From: Leptolyngbyaceae cyanobacterium
GTDB lineage: Bacteria > Cyanobacteriota > Cyanobacteriia > Phormidesmidales > Phormidesmidaceae
Assembly: GCA_050331235.1 (NCBI GenBank)
Contig: JBHJHA010000008.1
Coordinates: 20,581-84,580, forward strand
Reading direction: 5' to 3'
Length of the DNA stretch: 64,000 nucleotides
Shown here: piece after piece, positions 19,958-30,879 of the stretch
How positions within the stretch are numbered: position 1 is the first letter of the stretch
How the letters are laid out: each line of letters opens with the position of its first letter
The notes under the pieces: model-generated
What the model was told of the DNA's origin: nothing
What the model saw: the letters and a program-made list of their open reading frames with translations, nothing else
The model's database searches: none
Program-made: the position numbers and the translations under genes

Positions 19958-20899
19958 ATGTTGTCTTTGCTGTTGCGTGCATCTCTAACTCGCTTTTGGG
20001 ACTGTTTTGGTCGCTCTGGCGCGATGCTCATTGGGGGTATCAGTCCGGGGCTGGTTGCGTCTGCCGCCGCCGCCATGCCTGCCCTGTTACCGTTTCATCT
20101 GTCATGTTCGAGCCATGCAGAGATTGCCCACAAGATAGATAAAGCAGTCTGCGGGGTTGCTTCATCTGAAGATAGTGGGAATCGTGCCAGTCATACCGCC
20201 GCCGATGCCTTGATCTGGATCGATCCTTTCGCGATCGCCACTGGCGAAGCCACCCTACCCACCCCTGCGGCGATCGCGGATGCATCAACCCTCTCCATTG
20301 AACAACCGGTTGACATCGATCCCGCCATTATTGAGGGCAGCCCAGTGTTGCAACGCTGGTTGGAAGAAGTCCCAGATGTGGCCGTCGACATCCACCATGA
20401 TCCGGCGTTTCGGACTCGCCTGCGGTTGGGCTATGCAGAGTTTCCCTCAACCGACAACACTGGCGGCCTATACGTTGGCGTGCAAGATATCTTTGTGGGG
20501 CGTACCCCTCTGACGGTTAGCGCTGAATATGCCACCAACGGACGCGGCGATCGCCAAACCATTGGAGTGGATGCTCAATACTATTTGTTTCCGCTGGGCT
20601 GGTACGGCAACATTGCTCCCGTAATTGGCTATCGAGACATTGAGACTTCTGCTTTTGAGACCGCCGGCATCAACATTGGCCTCCGGGTTATTCTCATCCC
20701 CTCTCGCACTGGCACCGCCGATTTATCGGTTACCCAAAGCTGGGTTGACCCTGGCACCAGTGAAGAAGTGGGATTGACAACGTTTGCCGCTGGCTATGCG
20801 ATCGCTGAAGATCTCCGCATTGGCACCGATATTCAGATTCAGAATACGCGTAAACGCCAAGAAAGTCGGGTGGGCGTGCTCGTGGAGTGGATGCTTTAG
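19958..20899 (+). CDS. Hypothetical protein, probable outer-membrane beta-barrel (start uncertain)
   Basis: SPVLQRWLEEVPDV...DPAFRTRLRLGY followed by amphipathic beta strands ending VLVEWML. Confidence 0.7.
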   Translation: MLSLLLRASLTRFWDCFGRSGAMLIGGISPGLVASAAAAMPALLPFHLSCSSHAEIAHKIDKAVCGVASSEDSGNRASHTAADALIWIDPFAIATGEATLPTPAAIADASTLSIEQPVDIDPAIIEGSPVLQRWLEEVPDVAVDIHHDPAFRTRLRLGYAEFPSTDNTGGLYVGVQDIFVGRTPLTVSAEYATNGRGDRQTIGVDAQYYLFPLGWYGNIAPVIGYRDIETSAFETAGINIGLRVILIPSRTGTADLSVTQSWVDPGTSEEVGLTTFAAGYAIAEDLRIGTDIQIQNTRKRQESRVGVLVEWML

Positions 20900-21072
20900 T
20901 CAGAACGTGCTATCCTGTCACAAATTGCGGAGGCAGTTATTTCCTCCCAGCTTTTGGTGTCTAGTATTATTTGGAACCTGATTCAACAGCTTCTTCACAG
21001 TTGTTGGGTTGTTCAGTTGACTGCCAACATTGTTGTCTTAGTTTCTGACGTTGATTCTGAAAGTTTTAGGGT

Positions 21073-21249
21073 ATGACTCAAGTCGTTGTAGGTGAAAACG
21101 AAGGTATCGAATCGGCATTGCGACGCTTTAAGCGTCAAGTTTCCAAGGCGGGCATCTTTTCAGAGGTCAAGCGCCGCCGACATTTTGAAACACCCCAGGA
21201 AAAGCGTAAGCGGAAAGCTGTTGCTCGCCGGAAAAAGCGCTTCCGATAA
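21073..21249 (+). CDS. rpsU: 30S ribosomal protein S21 (58 aa, not in ORF track)
   Basis: [58 protein letters not shown]. Confidence 0.97.
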   Translation: MTQVVVGENEGIESALRRFKRQVSKAGIFSEVKRRRHFETPQEKRKRKAVARRKKRFR

Positions 21250-21700
21250 GTTGGATTGGCTATGTCAGGATTTGCTCTGACCCCGCCTGCAGGTGGAATG
21301 ACCGTCGGTCTGACAACTCAATATTGGGAATCAGCCGTTGAGGAATTTCCCTTGACGGCTTTTTGGCAACACTCACTGTTATGTTCGATGAAAATAGTGA
21401 ATTACCAAGCATTTGATGGCTAGCTGGGGTGGGGAGAATATCCACGATAAATCAAGATTTACTGCTGTCAATCTTTGATACAGTGTCAGCGAGTCTAAGT
21501 CTAGGGCCTTGACTTGCGGCGCTTACGCCAGGCCATTGCTCGACCCGCATTGGTTGATGTCTAAATTCTCGCTTAGTTTTTCCTTAACGTTGCTGTCGGT
21601 AAAATGCGGTTTGCATCCTTCTATTACAGCTACGCCTGGTGGTCAGGTTAGCATCTGATTGCGTCAACCTCCAGTTTGTATTGAGCAAGTGAGCCATTGC

Positions 21701-24214
21701 ATGCGTCCAATCTTTTTTCCTTCTCTACATCAGTGGTCCAGGCCTTTTAGAATGGCACTGTATGCTTTGGTGGGAGCTGCTCTTGCCGTAGTCGTGTCGA
21801 TCCAGCCGCTACCGGCCGCAGATGCCGTTTCCAATTATGATTTGGCTCAAGCCGCCCCGTTTAATCAGTTTGCTAGTTACCCTATCTCGCCGTTACCGTC
21901 AGCCCCAACTTATCGGCCTGTAGGGAACTGGGTAGGGCGGTTGATTTTGCCAGGCGAGTCAGAATATGCTGCCGATCAAGGCGACTGGGCTTGGTTTGAG
22001 GTGTGGCACGCGCCAGCGGCAACAGATTTGTTAGGCAAAAAAGTCAAGCTGACCTGGCAAGATTCTCCAGCGCTGCAAACTTATTTGGACAAAGTCACGC
22101 GTGATGTGGCGTTTTCGGAAAAGGCGGAGAAGTTTGGCGCTAACGGCAACATTGTACCGACTCGACTCGACGGCAGGCAGGTGGTTGGCCCCTTGCAGTC
22201 CCTCGCAGGGGCCAGGCCCAAAGACGACATTACGGTCAAGTTAGTTGGTAATCCAGCGTTGGCGGTTGAAGGGGCGCAGCCGGTTATCCGAGTCGCCTTA
22301 GAGCCAGTACAGGTTACCGGCCGCGAATACGGGCTAGTCAAAATTTTGGAGTCAGACACCAATGTTGCTGAGCCGTTGCCGGAGGAGTGTCCTGGCGAAG
22401 CGCCATGCCCCAGCGAGTACTTTAAGGTACAGCATTTTGATGTCAAGACCCGAGACTTTGGTGGTGATATTGATACGATTCGCATTCCACAGCAGCCTAA
22501 GTTAAAGGGCGATCGCTTCTTTTCAAACATTGTTGACTTGGTGGACTCGCCGGCAGGCAGTGCCGGCTGGTATGTGTACGGGGCGCGGGATGCAGATGGT
22601 ATGTTCACTGTCCAGGCGTTGCAACCGCGTCAGCTGATGCAGCTCGCCCCTGATCAGATCATTGTGGGCGATAAGGCGGGGCGCAATTACTTAGACCGCC
22701 AAAATTGGCGCCAGACCCCTGAACGTAAAGGAGAGGCCCAGCAAATCCTCGTTAGCCCCACAGCTAAAAGCGATACGGAAGCCTTGGAGCGTTGGCAGGT
22801 TGGAGACTATGCCCTAGTGATTCATCTCTTTGGCGGTATCGGCGGTGAAAATAAGGAACTGACCCCTGCAGGCACGGTGACTGGTCACTTTGCCTACGGT
22901 TTAGCAGAAGTGGTGGAAGAACCCATCGCCCAAGAGCTCCAGTTCAAAATCAATTATCAGCAAATCTATGCTCACAATTCCGGTGGGATTGTCTCAGGCA
23001 CCCACGATTGGAGCTCTTATGCTGGCGATATGCAGCGCGGTTGGATTGGGCAGCGCCCCTTTTCAGATATTGTGGTCAAGCTTGACTCCTTTATCGAAGA
23101 CTTAGAGCTGGGGGAAACTCGGCTGTCATTGTTTCGAGAACTCCTGATTCAAACCCAGGTGATCGCAGCGCGCTATCGAACGGGGGATGGCGGTGGGGTC
23201 TCTACGGTGACGCCAGCTACTTCGTGCGTGCAAGATTCTAATCAGGCTTTGTTTATTGCGATCGAACAGATTCGCTATCAGGCACAGCAAGATCCGGATC
23301 TGGCGGCTTATATCGCAGCCAACCCTGACGATCCTGACGTTCAAAAGGTGGAGGAGTTTGCTCAACTGGGCACTGATTTGCGCCAGGCGCTGAGCCCTTA
23401 CGGTGTCATTCGTCCCGATTGGGAAAACAACTCTGAAGAGTTGGCAGGTGTGACTGCCAGGGGCAATGAATTAGCGACCCGCAGCGGGTTAATTGCGGGC
23501 ATCTTTAGCTGGCGGACGATGATGCCCCGATGGGGGCAGGATGACATTGCATTCATCTTTTTGGAAAATGGGGCGGACCTGTGGTTTCTTCGGCCCAATC
23601 AGATTGGAGGCTTTGACCCGGCGATTGAGCCAATTCCCCCTACGGCGCTATTTGGCTTAATTCCAGGGGTGTCGCGGGTTGCTCTCCGACTGGCGCGTAG
23701 CTTTGCCGTGCCAATTACGGCGTCTTTGGTGGGCTACACCATGTTGGCGCTGTTGGCGATCGCGGGGGTAGTGGTGCTCTATGGTCGCCAAAGCGGATTT
23801 CTCAATCAGCAATTAAAAGTTGATCATCCCGTCAAAGCGGTTTTCAACCTAGTCAGGCTCTTTTTCATTCCCTCACTACTAGAGGAACTGATCTTCCGGG
23901 TGGGGTTGTTGCCCCATCCGACCGAGGGTGTGCCCACCGCTCGATGGCTGGCGTGGGCTGCCCTGAGCTTAGGGCTTTATATCCTCTGGCATGTGGCTTT
24001 TGGCCGGCTCCGCCCCCAGGCGGTTCATGCTCTCAGCGATCGCCGCTTTTTACTTATGGCGCTGTGGGTCGGCATTGTTTTGACGACGCTGTATGGCGTA
24101 GCGGGTTCATTGACGGCGGTTACGGTGGTTCACTGGTTAGTCGTTGTCTGCTGGCTATATGGTTTTGGTGGCCTTGACCAGATGCAAGGCACAGCGACGA
24201 ATACCCAGGCCTAG
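21701..24214 (+). CDS. Large exported-domain protein with C-terminal CPBP (CAAX/Abi) intramembrane protease domain (start uncertain)
   Basis: Signal-like N-terminus, ~600 aa soluble region, then TM helices with EELIFR and conserved His residues. Confidence 0.8.
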   Translation: MRPIFFPSLHQWSRPFRMALYALVGAALAVVVSIQPLPAADAVSNYDLAQAAPFNQFASYPISPLPSAPTYRPVGNWVGRLILPGESEYAADQGDWAWFEVWHAPAATDLLGKKVKLTWQDSPALQTYLDKVTRDVAFSEKAEKFGANGNIVPTRLDGRQVVGPLQSLAGARPKDDITVKLVGNPALAVEGAQPVIRVALEPVQVTGREYGLVKILESDTNVAEPLPEECPGEAPCPSEYFKVQHFDVKTRDFGGDIDTIRIPQQPKLKGDRFFSNIVDLVDSPAGSAGWYVYGARDADGMFTVQALQPRQLMQLAPDQIIVGDKAGRNYLDRQNWRQTPERKGEAQQILVSPTAKSDTEALERWQVGDYALVIHLFGGIGGENKELTPAGTVTGHFAYGLAEVVEEPIAQELQFKINYQQIYAHNSGGIVSGTHDWSSYAGDMQRGWIGQRPFSDIVVKLDSFIEDLELGETRLSLFRELLIQTQVIAARYRTGDGGGVSTVTPATSCVQDSNQALFIAIEQIRYQAQQDPDLAAYIAANPDDPDVQKVEEFAQLGTDLRQALSPYGVIRPDWENNSEELAGVTARGNELATRSGLIAGIFSWRTMMPRWGQDDIAFIFLENGADLWFLRPNQIGGFDPAIEPIPPTALFGLIPGVSRVALRLARSFAVPITASLVGYTMLALLAIAGVVVLYGRQSGFLNQQLKVDHPVKAVFNLVRLFFIPSLLEELIFRVGLLPHPTEGVPTARWLAWAALSLGLYILWHVAFGRLRPQAVHALSDRRFLLMALWVGIVLTTLYGVAGSLTAVTVVHWLVVVCWLYGFGGLDQMQGTATNTQA

Positions 24215-24413
24215 CTTAGTTGCGCTTGAGCCTCTTGTGGATTGAGTTTGATGACGCCGTCCATCCTCTATGACCAAAGATAGAAAAGCTGTCGGGGGCA
24301 AAGTGTGAGGAGGCTAAACTCGACTGCAGCTTGCCATAGTGCCCACCACTTTTCCCTTGCTTGATGGGCGTTCAACGACCTCATATGATGTCCACTTGGC
24401 GGACGAGCTCAGT

Positions 24414-24713
24414 TTATGACGGTTCGCAGCCCCAGGTCGGATAGGGCAAAATGGCGATTTCTCCCTCTTTCGGAAAGTTTGCTTCGGGGACATCAAAGGC
24501 CCCGTTTTGTAGCAGATGGTCGCGGAGAAATGATTCTGCTTCGCCGAGTGCTTTGAACGTAAAGTTAGCAGCGTATAGATAAGGGGCTAGGGCCTCTGGC
24601 TGGCGAGCGGATGGCAAAACGGGTTCCCAAAGTCGCAGCTTGACCTGACCGGGCTGAGATTCCAGTCGATAGCAAATGGAGTGATCGTTGGCAACAGAAG
24701 ACGCTACGGACAT
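24414..24713 (-). CDS. Hypothetical protein
   Basis: 99 aa; AGGAG-free but protein-like composition; fills the intergenic gap. Confidence 0.5.
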   Translation of the reverse strand: MSVASSVANDHSICYRLESQPGQVKLRLWEPVLPSARQPEALAPYLYAANFTFKALGEAESFLRDHLLQNGAFDVPEANFPKEGEIAILPYPTWGCEPS

Positions 24714-25019
24714 TTCACGAAGGAGATATCAAACACGGTAAACGGTATTGAGAAACTAGCGAGGGCCAACTTTGCCGATTTGACTAGTCCGCTAAGGGGC
24801 CAGCCTCAACTCGACTCGCAAAATTCAGCAAAAGTAACAGACTCGGTTTCTGGTAAATGGCACCCCCGTGATTCATCAAAGTCAATGCGCCGCTTGAGGA
24901 CCACTCATGCCGGTCGCGCCCGATTTATGAACTCTTGATGAAGCCCTGATGTCGCTAATATAAACGCGACGAGCTGACAATGCCAATATCCCTCATGGTT
25001 TATTTTGATTTGAACCCTG

Positions 25020-26693
25020 CTAGCTAGCGTTTCTACGGAGGCTATGGCCGCTGATCAGTGCCGCGATCGCCAGAAGCCCGTAGGTGAGCCAATTTCCATA
25101 TTTCACGTAAATAGTTTGGCTCTTGCGGCGATAAATTTGGGTCAAATAAGTTACGTACTCGTTCGGTTCAGAGAGCCAAAGGGTGTTGCCGTGTGGGTCA
25201 ACCACGCCCGAGATGCCTGTATTGGTTACTCGGAGCGCCCAGCGATCGCTCTCAACTGCCCGCAATACGTCCTGCGCATGGTGTTGGCGCATCATCCACG
25301 GCGGATAGGGATCAAGGTTGGAAGCCGTCATAATCCATTCGCTCCCCTGTGCTACCTGGCGGCGAAACAGCTCACTGTAGGGAGACTCGTAGCAAATGCC
25401 AACTGCGGCTGGCCCAAAGGAGGTCATGAAAATCTGGTCACCGCTGCCCGGCAGCAGGCTGCTGCTCACTGGCGACAGCCGCGAAATTACCCGCCCTAGC
25501 GTCGCCTCGAATGGGATGTATTCCCCTAAAGGAACCAGCTTGACCTTGTCGTACTGGCTAGTTGTCTGCCCGGTGCCCTCAATATTAATAAGGCTTTGGG
25601 TCATCTGTCGGGCGGCTGGATTACCAACCGGGCGAAACGTGCCCAGCCAGAGCACGACACCCTCTTCGCGAACGGCCCGAAGGAGTGGATTCCGACGCTG
25701 GCGTTCGCTCGTCCACAACTCAGGAATTGCCCCCTCCGGCGTCAGTATGGCTTCGGCCCCCTGCTGCACGAGCTGACGATAACCGTTGACATAGGCGGTT
25801 ATGGCTTGCCGAGTGCCAGCTGGTGTGAGCTTTTCGCGGGTGGGAATATTGCCCTGAATGAGACCAACTTGTAACGCGGCATCAGGGCGATCGCCCAGCG
25901 GCTGTTGGTGGAGTATCCCACCCAGGCCATGCAGACCCACTAATAGCAGCAGGCCTGCTAGGGCGATGGGCCGTCGGTAATGTCGCCACCACTGTCCCCC
26001 ATTAGCCCCATTGATCATCTCGGCCCAGCAGCCGTTGACGGCCACAATCGCGCCGGTGATTGCCGCTGGCCCGGCCCACTGGCTTAAATGCAAAATCCAG
26101 GCGTTGCCGGGGCTTTGGGTCAAGGCTAAAAAAGGCCAGGCGAGTGGCCCCCAGCTTAATAGCGTTTCTAACCCACACCAGAGTGCGGTACCCCAAAGGA
26201 TGCGGGCGCTACGGCCCAGCCCACAGCGATCGCTTACCCGTCGCAGCAGTACGGCCCACATTCCAAAAGTGACGGTGCCCAATCCCGTGATAAAGCCCCA
26301 GGCAAACAGCGCAATTCCTAAACTGGCTAACCAGGGGACGCCCATCCAGGTTAGGGGATGCAAGTAAGTAATCCAGGCAAGGACAATGCCGTGGTAAGCT
26401 GCACTCCACACTGCACCGAAGACAAAGAGTTGTTTCGTCGTGGGTGATCGCCCTGGGGCGATCACGGCTTGCCAGAGAGGCGCAAGAGCAAACCAAGCCA
26501 GCGGCCAAGCATGGCAGGGTTTAGGGGCGAGGCCCATGACAATGCCCCCTAGCAACACTGACCACAGGGGCGATCGCCCCTGGCCCCTGAAGCGCGTTCG
26601 CGGTGGAGAGTTCCTGATATCGCCGCGGTTGTCCGTTGGATTAGTTGCCGCGGTCACTGACGGGCGAGGTTCGCCCTCAAACGGGCTACTCAT
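25020..26693 (-). CDS. lnt: Apolipoprotein N-acyltransferase
   Basis: IQGNIP, TPEGA, YDKVKLVPLGEYIP, GICYES, NTGISGVVDP (E-K-C catalytic triad). Confidence 0.95.
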   Translation of the reverse strand: MSSPFEGEPRPSVTAATNPTDNRGDIRNSPPRTRFRGQGRSPLWSVLLGGIVMGLAPKPCHAWPLAWFALAPLWQAVIAPGRSPTTKQLFVFGAVWSAAYHGIVLAWITYLHPLTWMGVPWLASLGIALFAWGFITGLGTVTFGMWAVLLRRVSDRCGLGRSARILWGTALWCGLETLLSWGPLAWPFLALTQSPGNAWILHLSQWAGPAAITGAIVAVNGCWAEMINGANGGQWWRHYRRPIALAGLLLLVGLHGLGGILHQQPLGDRPDAALQVGLIQGNIPTREKLTPAGTRQAITAYVNGYRQLVQQGAEAILTPEGAIPELWTSERQRRNPLLRAVREEGVVLWLGTFRPVGNPAARQMTQSLINIEGTGQTTSQYDKVKLVPLGEYIPFEATLGRVISRLSPVSSSLLPGSGDQIFMTSFGPAAVGICYESPYSELFRRQVAQGSEWIMTASNLDPYPPWMMRQHHAQDVLRAVESDRWALRVTNTGISGVVDPHGNTLWLSEPNEYVTYLTQIYRRKSQTIYVKYGNWLTYGLLAIAALISGHSLRRNAS

Positions 26694-26804
26694 TGGCGCA
26701 ATAGGATTTCATGGATTGGTGGTGGGGTTATCTTGTGCAGTATGGCATTTGTCTGGGGAGCAGGGCTGGCAGTCATTGCTCCAAAACTACGCCATGAGGG
26801 CAAC

Positions 26805-27626
26805 TCAAACTACTTTGGACTCATCCACCAGTGTCAGACTGCTCCAGGTCCCCTGGGCATTATATTGTCGAATCAAGCGTTGCCGCCGGTGGGGTGACAG
26901 TAGCCAGCCAACTTCTAAGATAATGGGCTGACGCGGTTCGATCGCGATGGGGCAGGTGGATGAAGCTCCCCCTGGTAACAGCAATACCTGTACCGCCTGG
27001 CTGCCACCCGTAAAGAGAATCCGGCGATCGCCCACGACTTCTCGGGACTGCATCTGTGAGCCATGGCTTCCCAACTGTAGGGTTTGCTCGACGCGATCGC
27101 CCTGTTGCGCCACCTCTAATCGAGTGGGATAGGTATCGTCAGGCCGTAGGTCTGGATAGGTTGTTGTGGCCGTCCCGACCCAGGTGCCCAGCAGGTCGGC
27201 AACCGTAGTCTGCGATCGCGCCACAGGAGTTGTCCCTGCCAAATGCTCGCGCATCAAAGTTAAGGAATGCAGCGCCCGGCTTTTATCAAAGCGCTGCACT
27301 AGGCGAAGGCGCTCATTATCGGCGATCAGGCCTAACTCAGCGCCAAATTCAGAAAACGGTCCCCACTGGATTGACCCCTGGGAGAAGGCCCCATTTTCTA
27401 AAAAGAGCACGCTTTTGGCGAGAGATCGGTACTCCAACACCGTTTCATCGGGGGTATCTCCGGACTGCTTGACAATGATCTGGCGCATCAAATTGCCGTC
27501 GTCAAGTGGGGTCAACGCTACCACGGAGGGAATATCGGCTAGCAAACTGCCCGTCGGTGAAATCTGAGTAAAAGAGCCTTGCCACCGACCGGTATTTTTG
27601 AGCAGCCGTTCCCATTGAGAGGTCAT
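26805..27626 (-). CDS. DUF3598 family protein
   Basis: SQWERLLKNTGRWQGSFT, GAFSQGS, LLLPGGASSTCP, RQRLIRQY. Confidence 0.85.
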   Translation of the reverse strand: MTSQWERLLKNTGRWQGSFTQISPTGSLLADIPSVVALTPLDDGNLMRQIIVKQSGDTPDETVLEYRSLAKSVLFLENGAFSQGSIQWGPFSEFGAELGLIADNERLRLVQRFDKSRALHSLTLMREHLAGTTPVARSQTTVADLLGTWVGTATTTYPDLRPDDTYPTRLEVAQQGDRVEQTLQLGSHGSQMQSREVVGDRRILFTGGSQAVQVLLLPGGASSTCPIAIEPRQPIILEVGWLLSPHRRQRLIRQYNAQGTWSSLTLVDESKVV

Positions 27627-27789
27627 TACGCCATCACCTAACTGTTAGGGCTAGCATCCCATGTTAATTGCCTGTCTGACGCGGGAAAGAACACCGTTGG
27701 ATTTTCTGACCAACATGGGACTGATGCATCTGCAGGTGAATTTCTAAAACGGGGCTTTCTCATATGCTCAGCGGATGATGCGGGCGCGC

Positions 27790-28716
27790 TTAGTCGATGG
27801 TCACCACCGTGGCCCCTGTCGTGTTGATAGTGAGGGGTTGAGCGTCCACTACTTTGATGTCGGCGGCTTCCCAGGCGGCTTTCATCGCGAGGGCGATCGC
27901 GTCGGCTTGCCTGGAGGTGCCCAAGGCCAAGAGAGTGGGGCCAGCTCCGCTAATGGTGACCCCATAGGCCCCCGACTGATAAGCCGCCTGGGCCACGGCA
28001 TCATAGCCCGGTATCAAGGTTTTGCGGTAAGGCTCATGGATGCGATCGCCAATGGCCGCCCGCAACCATGAGCCATTGCCAGCAGCCAAGGCCTGCAGTA
28101 GCAGTCCCAAATGACCAATCGTATAAACCGCGTCGGCTCGAGAATATTGCGCGGGCAAAACCTGCCGCGCCTCGGCCGTGGCGACTTCAAACGCTGGAAC
28201 TACGATGATCGGAATGATCTCCGGTGCCCAATGCACTTCGCAAATCGTGGTCGCTCCGTCATCATTGACCGTAGCGAGCCGACAGCCACCCATCAACGCT
28301 GGCACTACGTTGTCAGGATGACCCTCGATCTCCGTCGCGAGTTGAGCTAGTGCTGCCGTTTCCAGCGGTTCTCCAGCTAGTGCGTTGGCCCCCAAAAGGC
28401 CGCCTACAATGGCCGTGGATGAGCTTCCCAAACCACGGGCCAGCGGCACGTCTAAATCAATACGCAAGTGTAAAGGAGGAACCGCTTTTCCCAGTCGTTT
28501 GAAAAACTCACAAAAGGCTACATAAGCTAAGTTTGAACTGTCAGTCGCGACGCGATCTCGCTCCTCGCCCGTAACCTCTATTTGTAGACCAGCCTCTGCA
28601 GAGAGTGGTGAAAACGTAAATTGGTTATGGCGCGACAAGGCCGCTCCTAAGCAATCAAATCCCGGTCCAATATTGGCCGTTGTCGCCGGCACAGAAACCC
28701 GAAATGCTGTCGCCAT
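27790..28716 (-). CDS. thrB: Homoserine kinase
   Basis: VPATTANIGPGFDCLG, PLARGLGSSS, EGHPDNV, ISGAGPT. Confidence 0.97.
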   Translation of the reverse strand: MATAFRVSVPATTANIGPGFDCLGAALSRHNQFTFSPLSAEAGLQIEVTGEERDRVATDSSNLAYVAFCEFFKRLGKAVPPLHLRIDLDVPLARGLGSSSTAIVGGLLGANALAGEPLETAALAQLATEIEGHPDNVVPALMGGCRLATVNDDGATTICEVHWAPEIIPIIVVPAFEVATAEARQVLPAQYSRADAVYTIGHLGLLLQALAAGNGSWLRAAIGDRIHEPYRKTLIPGYDAVAQAAYQSGAYGVTISGAGPTLLALGTSRQADAIALAMKAAWEAADIKVVDAQPLTINTTGATVVTID

Positions 28717-28860
28717 ATAAATTTCACTCGCTGCTAAAGTTCCGGCTGTCGCCGACGCACCGCATATTATCCCCCATCATTAAAGCCACGACGCATTTAC
28801 TCCGCTGACTAATTGGGTCCGCTACACTAAAAGCGGTCGCTGGAGACGAGAAGGTTAACC

Positions 28861-29349
28861 ATGCAAAAAGCATTCTTTTCCATTGGGTTAATGACTTTAG
28901 GCGTCGCTCTTTTTAGCACTGTGGCGATCGCTGAAACCGAGACTGCTCCCCGATCGCAGATGGCCGAGTTATCGCTGCCAACTCTGGCGCAACCGCTCCC
29001 CGCAGCACCAACCGCTACCACGCAGGCCCAAGCTGATGTGATTCCCGCAGGAAGTTTCACCGACCTATCGCCTAACCATTGGGCTTTTACGGCCGTGACC
29101 AATCTATCAGTAGACTACAATTGCCTCGCGGGGTATCCCGATGGCACATTTCGTAGCGATGAACTTGTCACGCGCAATGAGTTTGCCGTTGCCCTAGAAG
29201 CCTGCCTTAACACTTTGGTACAGCTTGTGGATGAGCAGCCGCAGTTTGACACAGAGCAGGTGCTTAACGACCTTGATGCTCTCAATCAAGAACTGGGGAG
29301 ATTAAACGAGCAGCTGGATGGCTCGACATCAGAAGACCCGGCAAATTGA
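28861..29349 (+). CDS. Exported S-layer homology (SLH) domain protein
   Basis: Signal peptide; FTDLSPNHWAF...CLAGYPDGTFR...TRNEFAVALEACL; short coiled coil. Confidence 0.85.
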   Translation: MQKAFFSIGLMTLGVALFSTVAIAETETAPRSQMAELSLPTLAQPLPAAPTATTQAQADVIPAGSFTDLSPNHWAFTAVTNLSVDYNCLAGYPDGTFRSDELVTRNEFAVALEACLNTLVQLVDEQPQFDTEQVLNDLDALNQELGRLNEQLDGSTSEDPAN

Positions 29350-29437
29350 TTTAACCCCCACTCTTAACGACTCGTCTTGTGGGTGACCAGATTAGTTGAA
29401 GACATTCGGATCGTCCACCGTTCTGCAAATCGATGCT

Positions 29438-30295
29438 TCAAACACATTTTTGTTTGCGGTGGCTAGCGATATAAGTCATGCCGCAAATACCACCTAAAAA
29501 GACGAGACCCAACAAACCGGCTAGGGGATTGCCGCCGATGCCGGTGATCCACTCGGGGGCCGACGACGAGGGAGTGACTAAGTCATTGACATCAACCTGG
29601 TAGTAAGCAAAGACTAGCCCGCCATGCAGTCCTGATGCTGCGCCTAGAGTGGTCTGCCTGTCTACATTGTGAGGGATACGGCGTGCCCAAACTAAGGCGG
29701 CTCCCAGCAGCAGCAAGCCAGCAAACTGTGGCCATGTGGCCAAAATCTCGGATAAGGGGCGCAAGAAATGGGCGATCGCAAAAATCAGAGCATTGAGCCA
29801 AAGGGCAACCTCGGGACGAAAATCTTGTTCGAGCTCATAGAGCAACCAGCCGCGAAAGATGAGTTCCTCAACAAATCCGACCCCGACCCCAACCAGAAGC
29901 CCTTCTGCCCAAATCTGGCTGGACCAGCCGGTTGGCGAGTTCCAGAGTCCCCAACCTGCTAAGAGTTGCAGGCTATAGAGTAGAGTGACACCAACAGCAC
30001 CTAGGCAAAAGGCGATCGCCCAGTCCTTCCACCAATATTGGGGCTGCCAAAGGCCTAAGACACGTCCAGCAGCGGTGCACTGGTGTACCCACCGCAGCCA
30101 ATACCGTAGACAAATCGCAAACCCTAGAAACAACAGGAGGGGAGCCCAAATCACTGTTTTGCCAGCCGTCGCGGCAAATTCTGCTCGATAGACTGGCCAC
30201 ACGACGGGTGACATTATCAAGATTACCGTCACCAGCAAGCTCACAATCCTGACGAATGCCGATCTACGGCGCATGAACTGCCCAAAGCGCTTCAA
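29438..30295 (-). CDS. CPBP family intramembrane metalloprotease
   Basis: EELIFRGWL, FAIAHF, GLHGGLV. Confidence 0.9.
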   Translation of the reverse strand: MKRFGQFMRRRSAFVRIVSLLVTVILIMSPVVWPVYRAEFAATAGKTVIWAPLLLFLGFAICLRYWLRWVHQCTAAGRVLGLWQPQYWWKDWAIAFCLGAVGVTLLYSLQLLAGWGLWNSPTGWSSQIWAEGLLVGVGVGFVEELIFRGWLLYELEQDFRPEVALWLNALIFAIAHFLRPLSEILATWPQFAGLLLLGAALVWARRIPHNVDRQTTLGAASGLHGGLVFAYYQVDVNDLVTPSSSAPEWITGIGGNPLAGLLGLVFLGGICGMTYIASHRKQKCV

Positions 30296-30309
30296 TTTAA
30301 CCAGGGCCT

Positions 30310-30600
30310 CTACTCTTCAGGCTCAATTGAACTGGTTAAGCCTCGCCCTTTCAAGCCTTCGCAGTAAAACTCAGCATGTTCTTGAGCACAGATGATGACA
30401 ACAGCGACTTCGGCGACATGAGCCTGCATCATGATATTGACTGCTTGGGGCATCGACAAACTGGGAACCACCTTCATCAGGGACTCGACTACATACTCCA
30501 TGGAGTTGAAGTCATCATTATGCAGCAGCACCCGATAACGGGGTGCCGGTTTCCGTACTGTGGATGTGGAGCGACTTTCAATCGTTTCAACAGCCACCAT
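30310..30600 (-). CDS. clpS: ATP-dependent Clp protease adaptor
   Basis: PRYRVLLHNDDFNSMEYVV...CAQEHAEFYCE. Confidence 0.95.
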   Translation of the reverse strand: MVAVETIESRSTSTVRKPAPRYRVLLHNDDFNSMEYVVESLMKVVPSLSMPQAVNIMMQAHVAEVAVVIICAQEHAEFYCEGLKGRGLTSSIEPEE

Positions 30601-30879
30601 AAGCGCCTCGGAGTAATGAATCAGTAGTAAATACAATTGTCGGGCTTGCTTAAAATCTGGAGCAGCCGACCCCTATGCCCAGCCCTTGCTAGGGGTGTCA
30701 TTTGGCCAAACTGTCAAAAGCCCAAACATTTAAATCTTAGTGGAGAAACCCTAAGGTGACAAAAAATTGCTTAGCCACCAAAAAATCGACTTTGCGTAGC
30801 ATGGAGTTGGAGGTTCCGCGTCGGAGCCACCAAAGTTTTTGTAGACTCATGGAACAGGAATAGCCAAACTATCGAAAGG

